From a bacterium (GTDB taxonomy: Bacteria; T1Sed10-126): a stretch of DNA of 64,000 bases. The DNA lies in the NCBI GenBank assembly GCA_003554945.1, contig PWHN01000057.1:380-64379 (forward strand), read 5' to 3'. Shown piece after piece: positions 58,047 to 64,000 of the stretch (positions are counted from its first letter, which is position 1; every line of letters starts with the position of its first letter). A program made the position numbers and the translations under genes. The notes beneath the pieces are model-generated. The model was given only the letters and a program-made list of their open reading frames with translations. It was not told where the DNA came from and did no database searches.

Positions 58047-59237
58047 TTAAAATTCTCCGTTTTCTTTATACCAGTGGGCCAACCTGTTCCAGGCGCGAGG
58101 AGCAAAAGGAGCTTCTCGTGAGCCCGACTCAGTACAAGTATATTTATTTTTGCCCCCGTCCAGGACTAAAAATGGAACCGGTTCTTTGACGTGAGTCCGC
58201 TCCTGTATTGGCGTGTAGTGATCAGGCCCCAGGGCCAGATGAAACTTATTTTTTTGCCAGCGCTTATAAACCACTGAAAGGATTTCACTGTCAAATTTTT
58301 CAATCATCTCCAGTTTTAAACGAGCATCACCGTCATGACCGGCTTCGTCCGGCGCCTCCAGGTGAAGGAAAACCAGACGTCCGGGTTCCAATTCAGCTAT
58401 TGCTGCGTCAGCTTTAGCTCTCATATCAGTATCAAATCCACCGGTGGCTCCAGGAACATCAATTTTCTCCATTCCCAGTGCTTGACCCAGTCCATTAATC
58501 AAATCAACACCGGCAATAACGCTTCCCTGAATTCCATAACGTTCTTTCAGTCCCGGCAACCCGGACAAACGACCCGGTCCCCAGGGCCAGATCATGTTGG
58601 CAGTCGGCTCGCCGGTCTTCAGAAGAGCCCTATTTTCAGGCTGCTCGCGCAGAAAATCTTGACTGGCCCACATCAACCGAGTCAAACGTTCTGCCGCTTC
58701 ACCGCGGGGTAAAAGCTCCTGCACCGGACGCCCCATTTCATCGTGAGGACGTGAACAATCTAATTCCCCTACTTCGCGAACCAACAAAATACCACGGTAA
58801 CCAACACCGTGATGAAAGGTATATTTTTCGCCGCCAAACTCTTCCTGCAGAGCTGAAAACAGAGCCGCTCCCACTTCTCCCGGCAGGCCACCAGCGGAAT
58901 AATCTATCAGACGATCGTTATTATCAACCGTCACTAGGTTACAGCGATACGCAACTTGATCGTCATCAAGCTCAAGCCCTAAGTTTAAAGCTTCCAGTGC
59001 TCCCCGCCCGAGATAATACTTTCGAGGATCGTAACCCAGCAAAGCCATGTTAGCCACACCGGAATCGGCCGGGCTTTCCGGCGGAATGTTCTGAATCCGG
59101 AAAGTTCGACCTGCTTCACAGAGCCGCTCGAGATTGGGAGTTGACGCCGCCTCCAGGGGAGTTTGTCCGTCCAACTCCTCCTGAGGCCAGTCCGCCATGC
59201 CGTCAGGAACAACCAGCAAATAACTTGCGTCGTTCAC
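58047..59237 (-). CDS. Cofactor-independent phosphoglycerate mutase, ApgM-like (proposed homoserine kinase family)
   Basis: PDGMAD, TPLEAASTPNL, GRGALEA, HLEAPDEAGH, PDHYTP; between hom and lysC. Confidence 0.88.
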   Translation of the reverse strand: MNDASYLLVVPDGMADWPQEELDGQTPLEAASTPNLERLCEAGRTFRIQNIPPESPADSGVANMALLGYDPRKYYLGRGALEALNLGLELDDDQVAYRCNLVTVDNNDRLIDYSAGGLPGEVGAALFSALQEEFGGEKYTFHHGVGYRGILLVREVGELDCSRPHDEMGRPVQELLPRGEAAERLTRLMWASQDFLREQPENRALLKTGEPTANMIWPWGPGRLSGLPGLKERYGIQGSVIAGVDLINGLGQALGMEKIDVPGATGGFDTDMRAKADAAIAELEPGRLVFLHLEAPDEAGHDGDARLKLEMIEKFDSEILSVVYKRWQKNKFHLALGPDHYTPIQERTHVKEPVPFLVLDGGKNKYTCTESGSREAPFAPRAWNRLAHWYKENGEF

Positions 59238-60532
59238 TCCGACTCGAAATCCTCTTCTATGCGCAATAGCTTCGGCTTGCGGCCAATAACATCCAGTTGT
59301 GAAATTTTGTCGACAGCGTCCTGAATTGACCCCTCCCGAGCCCTGTGCGTGGTCAAGACAACGGGAACAAGCTCTCCGGCTGAGCGACCGCGCTGAAGCA
59401 CAGTCTCTATACTGATTCGATGTTCCCCCAGAATTTTTGTTACTTTAGCCAGCACGCCGGGTTTATCAGTCGCATTCAGGCGAAGATAATAACGCGTCGA
59501 AAGCTCAGACGTAGAAACCAACCCCTCAGAGCTGTCGGAGTAATAAATCGACGGCTGTGAGTTGGGTTCCACTGTCGCCAGTGAGACAATATCCGAGACC
59601 ACAGCGCCTGCCGTCGACGGCCCCCCGGCTCCTTTCCCATAGAGCATTGAGGACCCCGTGGGATCGCTCTGAATGTAGACGGCGTTGTATTCGCAGTTGA
59701 CCGCCGCCAGAGCGGAGGAATCAGGGATTAAAGTTGGATGAACGCGAACATCAACTTTTTCTCCAATTTTTTTGGCAATACCCAGCAGCTTAATGCTGTA
59801 ATTCAATCTCTCAGCGTCCTCTATGATACTGGGCGTGATTAAATTTATTCCTTCCGTATGAACCTCTTCAACCGGGACGGGCATGCCAAAAGCAAGCTCA
59901 GCGAGTATCGTCATCTTATGGGCACTGTCCCGCCCTTCTACGTCGGCGGAGGGGTCAGCCTCAGCATACCCCTTATCCTGTGCCTCTTTTAGCGCTTCCC
60001 CGAAGGATAATCCCCGGCGGGCCATACTGGTGAGCATATAGTTGGTAGTGCCATTAATGATGCCATATATACACTCAAAATCAGCACCAACCATTGCCTC
60101 ACGAACAGTGCGTATTATAGGAATACTTCCGCCCACTGCAGCCTCAAAACGTATCTGCGCAGAACTTCGAGAGGCATGTCCAAAAATTTTCTGGCCGTGA
60201 TGTGCCAACAACTCTTTGTTGGCGGTAACAACATTAATTCCCCGGCCAAGTGCACTTTTTATCAAGTCCCCCGCCGGATTGATACCACCAATCAGCTCAA
60301 CAAAGACATCCAGTTCAGTATTGTCGAGCATTTCCTCGGCATTAGTGAATATTTCACGATCAGTAAGAAGTTTCTCCGCTCCCGATGGTAAGTCGGGGTC
60401 AGCCGCTGCAACCAGACGCACCTCAACACCGGTTCTCCGGGCAAGTTTTTCCTCTTTGTCAATCAGTTGCCGGGCCGTGCTAAAACCAACTGTTCCCAGA
60501 CCGGCGATTCCAACCTTTATCTGTCCTGTCAT
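59234..60532 (-). CDS. hom: Homoserine dehydrogenase with ACT domain
   Basis: GLGTVG, VTANK, FEAAVGGSIP, NGTTNY, GYAEADP, GKGAG. Confidence 0.96.
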   Translation of the reverse strand: MTGQIKVGIAGLGTVGFSTARQLIDKEEKLARRTGVEVRLVAAADPDLPSGAEKLLTDREIFTNAEEMLDNTELDVFVELIGGINPAGDLIKSALGRGINVVTANKELLAHHGQKIFGHASRSSAQIRFEAAVGGSIPIIRTVREAMVGADFECIYGIINGTTNYMLTSMARRGLSFGEALKEAQDKGYAEADPSADVEGRDSAHKMTILAELAFGMPVPVEEVHTEGINLITPSIIEDAERLNYSIKLLGIAKKIGEKVDVRVHPTLIPDSSALAAVNCEYNAVYIQSDPTGSSMLYGKGAGGPSTAGAVVSDIVSLATVEPNSQPSIYYSDSSEGLVSTSELSTRYYLRLNATDKPGVLAKVTKILGEHRISIETVLQRGRSAGELVPVVLTTHRAREGSIQDAVDKISQLDVIGRKPKLLRIEEDFESE

Positions 60533-60573
60533 ACTATCAAACTCTTTCGTCAGTATAAATTCGGTACAAAAAA

Positions 60574-61482
60574 TTACAAGTCAAAATGAGTTAGTCGAAC
60601 AAATCTCTGGTAGCGTTCGTCAATATCCCATTCTTCCAGCTCCAGCAGCCGGCGGACACCAAACTCCTGGACAGTAAAGGAAGCAACAATATTGCCGTGA
60701 ACCAGGGCATGTTTGAGCGCGGTAAAGTCATCGCTTTCAGTCCCGGCCAGATAACCCATAAATCCTCCGCCAAAGCTATCACCAGCTCCAGTCGGGTCTT
60801 GAACCAGACCGACAGGAAAACCGGGAAGAACAAACTGCCAGTCGTGACCAACCATAAATACACCATGTTCCCCTTTTTTGATTATAACTATCGACGGGCC
60901 TCGTTGACGCAATTTTTGGGCAGCTGTAATCAAATTAGCTTCTCCGGTCATCATTTCCGCCTCAGACGAGTTGAGGAAAAAAATATCAATCTGTTCCAGA
61001 ACTCGATTGAGCGCTTCCGGTTTGCTGTCAATCCAAAAATTCATGGTGTCACAGGCAGTTACCCGGGTATTATCCATTTGTTCAAGAACAGAGAGTTGGA
61101 TTTCAGGATCAATATTTCCCAGAAAAACGTAAGGAGTCTCACAATATTCCGGGGGCAAATCCGGATCAAAATCTGCAAAGACGTTCAATTCCGTCTTTTC
61201 GGTTTGCGCCTCAAGATCAGATTCATAATATCCTTTCCAGCGGAAAGTTTTCTCATCCTCAATTACTTTAAGTCCTTCAAGATCGATACCGGACGCTTCC
61301 ATCGAGGATAGCAACCCGCTATCAAAATCACCACCCACAACTCCAACAAGGTTAACATCGGCAAAACGACTGGCAGCCAGGCTAAAATAGGTGGCGGCAC
61401 CACCAGGTTCCTCTTCAACTTCGCCGTGCGGCGTGCGGATTGAATCAAATGCAAGAGAACCGACAACAAGAACATCAGACAT
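60574..61482 (-). CDS. PfkB family carbohydrate kinase
   Basis: VGSLAFD, GGAATY, DTMNFWI, DPTGAGDSFGGG. Confidence 0.92.
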   Translation of the reverse strand: MSDVLVVGSLAFDSIRTPHGEVEEEPGGAATYFSLAASRFADVNLVGVVGGDFDSGLLSSMEASGIDLEGLKVIEDEKTFRWKGYYESDLEAQTEKTELNVFADFDPDLPPEYCETPYVFLGNIDPEIQLSVLEQMDNTRVTACDTMNFWIDSKPEALNRVLEQIDIFFLNSSEAEMMTGEANLITAAQKLRQRGPSIVIIKKGEHGVFMVGHDWQFVLPGFPVGLVQDPTGAGDSFGGGFMGYLAGTESDDFTALKHALVHGNIVASFTVQEFGVRRLLELEEWDIDERYQRFVRLTHFDL

Positions 61483-61625
61483 ATTTCAACAACTCCATTT
61501 TGTAAGTATTTGATGTAACAAAATTAGTTGGACTGGCGTAAATAATTTGAATAAAGAGTAAGCTCTGGCGGGAGGGACAGGTCCACGGTAAAAAAATGTG
61601 GATGTCCGAAGCAACTATTTTTTTA

Positions 61626-62357
61626 TTAGTTCTCCACAGTACTTATCCAGTAGCTATCAATTTCGCCATCTTCTACCATTTCTTCAGCAAAATTTTCCGC
61701 CTGAGAACGAGTCGGAAATTCACCGACACGAACCCGATACCAGTCAGCATCTTCAATAGTTGTTTCTTCGATTACAGCCGGATAACCTGCTGCCTCGAGC
61801 CGCTCGCGTTCGTTTTCTGCCGACTCCCTGTTTTCACTGGAAGCGACCTGAATCGTATGAAATTCACCCGCGATTTCAGGTTCTTCGGGTTCCTCAGGCT
61901 CTTCGGGTTCATCAATCTCCGGCGGTGTATCAGGTTCCTCTGGTTCTTCCGGTTCAGCATCTTCTTCCATAACAAGTCCCGGTTCCATCTCCCTTTCAAC
62001 CGGGTCAACCTCTTCCGGCGGCGTCTCTTCATCAACCAGAATCGCCGGCTCATCTTCCAAAAAGTCTATATCTTCGTCTGGAATCTCCGGCTCTGCTTCA
62101 AACTCCGGTTCTTCCAGATCAAAGTCCTCCATATCAATCTCTTCTTCTTCAAGCAGAGCGGCAAGATCCTCTCCAGGCAGCTCCGGTCGTTCTTCCGCTG
62201 TTAACTCCTGCCCCTCTTCAACCCCCCAATTGTAACCAAGATAAAATCCGGCTCCAAAAAATACCACCAGGAAAATTGCGACACCGGTTAAAGCCCACCC
62301 CAGTGCCGTGGAACTCAGCGTCCAGGCTTCGCTCTCTCGACGACTATATTTAGGCAC
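61626..62357 (-). CDS. SPOR domain cell-division protein (FtsN/DedD-like)
   Basis: TM helix, very acidic Pro/Glu linker, FHTIQVAS...WYRVRVGEF SPOR domain. Confidence 0.85.
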   Translation of the reverse strand: MPKYSRRESEAWTLSSTALGWALTGVAIFLVVFFGAGFYLGYNWGVEEGQELTAEERPELPGEDLAALLEEEEIDMEDFDLEEPEFEAEPEIPDEDIDFLEDEPAILVDEETPPEEVDPVEREMEPGLVMEEDAEPEEPEEPDTPPEIDEPEEPEEPEEPEIAGEFHTIQVASSENRESAENERERLEAAGYPAVIEETTIEDADWYRVRVGEFPTRSQAENFAEEMVEDGEIDSYWISTVEN

Positions 62358-62359
62358 AG

Positions 62360-63256
62360 CTAATCACTCCTTTCAGAATCTATAACTAATTTAATCAATT
62401 CTTCCGCTTTGTCAATATTTTTCTCCATTTTACCGAGAAGCATTTCAATATCTTCTTCGTCTATATCAAGAACGCGCCAGACCTCTTCTTGAAAGTCCGG
62501 CGCCTTGTTATCCCCGGACCAACCGACGTCTTTCACCCGTGCCATTACGTCACCCACGTGGATGAAGAGGGGTAACTGTCGGTATTCTTCAGGTGCTTTC
62601 ATAGGCGAACGATAATACCGTATCCCATTAACTATATTTTCGGGTAAATTCCATGTTTTCGTTAACCATGCCCCTATTTCCGGGTGACCGGTTCCAAGGG
62701 TTTCCAGCTCTGCCTCATACATTGAACACTGATTTTCTTCAGCATATGAGAGAATTTGTCTTAACTCTCCGGGAGCAGCGAGATCAAGAAGCATCTTACC
62801 TATATTATGAAGAATCCCTGAGACTAACACCTCCTCCGGGTTGGGGTAGCGATCCCAGCGAGCAACAAGTTCAGCACCAATACCGGTGGCAATGGAATGT
62901 TTCCAGAGCCCGACCATATCAAATCCAGGAACGCTCTTTGAGCTAAATACATCAAGCACAGAGGCACTGAGAGCAAGACTTTTTATGGCATCAAACCCAA
63001 GTATAACGACCGCTTCGGTTACAGTCGATATTTCTCTCGAAAAACCATAAAATGCACTGTTTACAATTTTCAAAACTTTCGCAGTCAACGACGGATCCTG
63101 TGTAATTATCCGGTTAACATCCTTGGCGGTGGTCTCGGGGTCCTCTACCAGACCAACCAACTGGGTAACAACCTCAGGCAGTGTTGGCAAGTTACTTACA
63201 TTGCCAAACAATTCCTGGAATTTTTCGTCGCTAAACTGCTGCTCATTATCAGTCAA
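62360..63256 (-). CDS. HDOD domain protein
   Basis: LPTLPEV, DPSLTAKVLKIVNSAFYG, LWKHS, GILHNIGK, HPEIGAWL..WNLP. Confidence 0.92.
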   Translation of the reverse strand: MTDNEQQFSDEKFQELFGNVSNLPTLPEVVTQLVGLVEDPETTAKDVNRIITQDPSLTAKVLKIVNSAFYGFSREISTVTEAVVILGFDAIKSLALSASVLDVFSSKSVPGFDMVGLWKHSIATGIGAELVARWDRYPNPEEVLVSGILHNIGKMLLDLAAPGELRQILSYAEENQCSMYEAELETLGTGHPEIGAWLTKTWNLPENIVNGIRYYRSPMKAPEEYRQLPLFIHVGDVMARVKDVGWSGDNKAPDFQEEVWRVLDIDEEDIEMLLGKMEKNIDKAEELIKLVIDSERSD

Positions 63257-63339
63257 TTCAGTTCATCACCTTAATCCGAATTATTTACGGCACTAAAGTT
63301 TTGCAAGCAAGATAATCTATATCTTATTTTCTCATTTTC

Positions 63340-63684
63340 TCGAGCACTCAATCGAGCATACAAGGAAAAACCGTTACCAAATAGTGAAGATGTCTCTTTG
63401 GCCTCATACAGGGAGCTACCTGCAGGTGTTTTTCGGGATTATAGCCGGTTGCAGGCCACGATGGCCTGGTTTGCAACCGGCTATACCTCGGAGGTTGCCT
63501 GGACCATTTAGCAATGGAGGCTTTTTCCTGCCACGATATCTATGGAACTGTAACCTCCTGTACTCATAAAAATGTGCAAAGTAAACACACGTCCCGATAG
63601 GGACCGAGAATGAGAAAAACATTTGCAGGTGGCTCCTAAATAGCGTAAATTTACTCCTCATCACACTCTCGATTGAGTGTTCGG
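63340..63684 (+). ncRNA. Candidate structured RNA or nested MITE-like element
   Basis: Stems 63340-63356/63668-63684, 63412-63434/63614-63636, 63440-63453/63472-63485 and 63490-63498/63550-63558; every non-Watson-Crick position in these stems is G-U on the + strand. Confidence 0.5.
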
Positions 63685-63753
63685 TCCCCAAAACGGAGAA
63701 ACCGTAAAACTTTAGTAGCAGCAATACAAATGCTGTAAATGTTTCAGTATAAC

Positions 63754-63999
63754 TCAACGGGGCTCTGCTGCTTCAAAAAGCTCTCCACCGGGCTGCAGTT
63801 TATGAGCAACTTCCTCAGCTTTTAGCTGAAGGTGATCTAAACTACCGCTGTTATCCACAATCTCGTCAGCACGTTCACATTTTTCCTCAGCGGATAGCTG
63901 CCGACGGCGCCGCCTGTCAAGTTCAGCTTCAGGAATACGAACGCGCCTGTTCACAACTTCTTCAGAAGCTGTCACACAGACTATCCAGTGACAGAGCCT
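63754..63999 (-). CDS. coaE: Dephospho-CoA kinase, C-terminal part (5' end outside window)
   Basis: IVCVTASEEV..RR...RQLSAEEKCERADEIVDNSGS. Confidence 0.8.
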   Translation of the reverse strand, partial: RLCHWIVCVTASEEVVNRRVRIPEAELDRRRRRQLSAEEKCERADEIVDNSGSLDHLQLKAEEVAHKLQPGGELFEAAEPR

Positions 64000-64000
64000 G

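Noticed and set aside
63416-63757. 113-aa minus-strand ORF after coaE
   Set aside because: No recognisable domain and coincides with the structured element; not fully excluded since it overlaps the coaE stop

Overview
Bacterial chromosome segment, mostly minus-strand housekeeping operons (xerD-like, pcm, rpsA-cmk-tyrA-hisC-pheA-scpAB-tRNA nucleotidyltransferase; malic enzyme/fumarase; Na+-translocating acyl-CoA decarboxylase; hflX-miaA; valS, cimA, lysC-hom; coaE). Many proteins are strongly Glu/Asp-rich, suggesting a salt-adapted organism (inference). The main accessory block is a plus-strand catabolic cluster (17.0-31.4 kb): nitrilase-family amidase, a lone MdcA-like transferase, a three-subunit molybdenum hydroxylase, an AllF/AllG/AllH-like (FdrA/DUF1116/DUF2877) carbamoyltransferase set and a cyclase-family amidohydrolase. 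Together these suggest an energy-conserving oxidative pyrimidine (barbiturate -> ureidomalonate -> malonamate -> malonate) pathway that could feed the Na+-pumping decarboxylase at 40-43.6 kb; this is a hypothesis from gene content only. The cluster is interrupted by an intact tyrosine recombinase preceded by a perfect 13-4-13 bp inverted repeat, REP-like clusters, an internally deleted GxxExxY gene and phased octamer arrays that run directly into Shine-Dalgarno sites. Two intergenic regions (57.7-58.0 kb, 63.3-63.7 kb) hold nested inverted-repeat elements sharing termini; the second folds with G-U pairs on one strand only. No rRNA, tRNA or CRISPR array was seen. All calls are by eye, without database searches.
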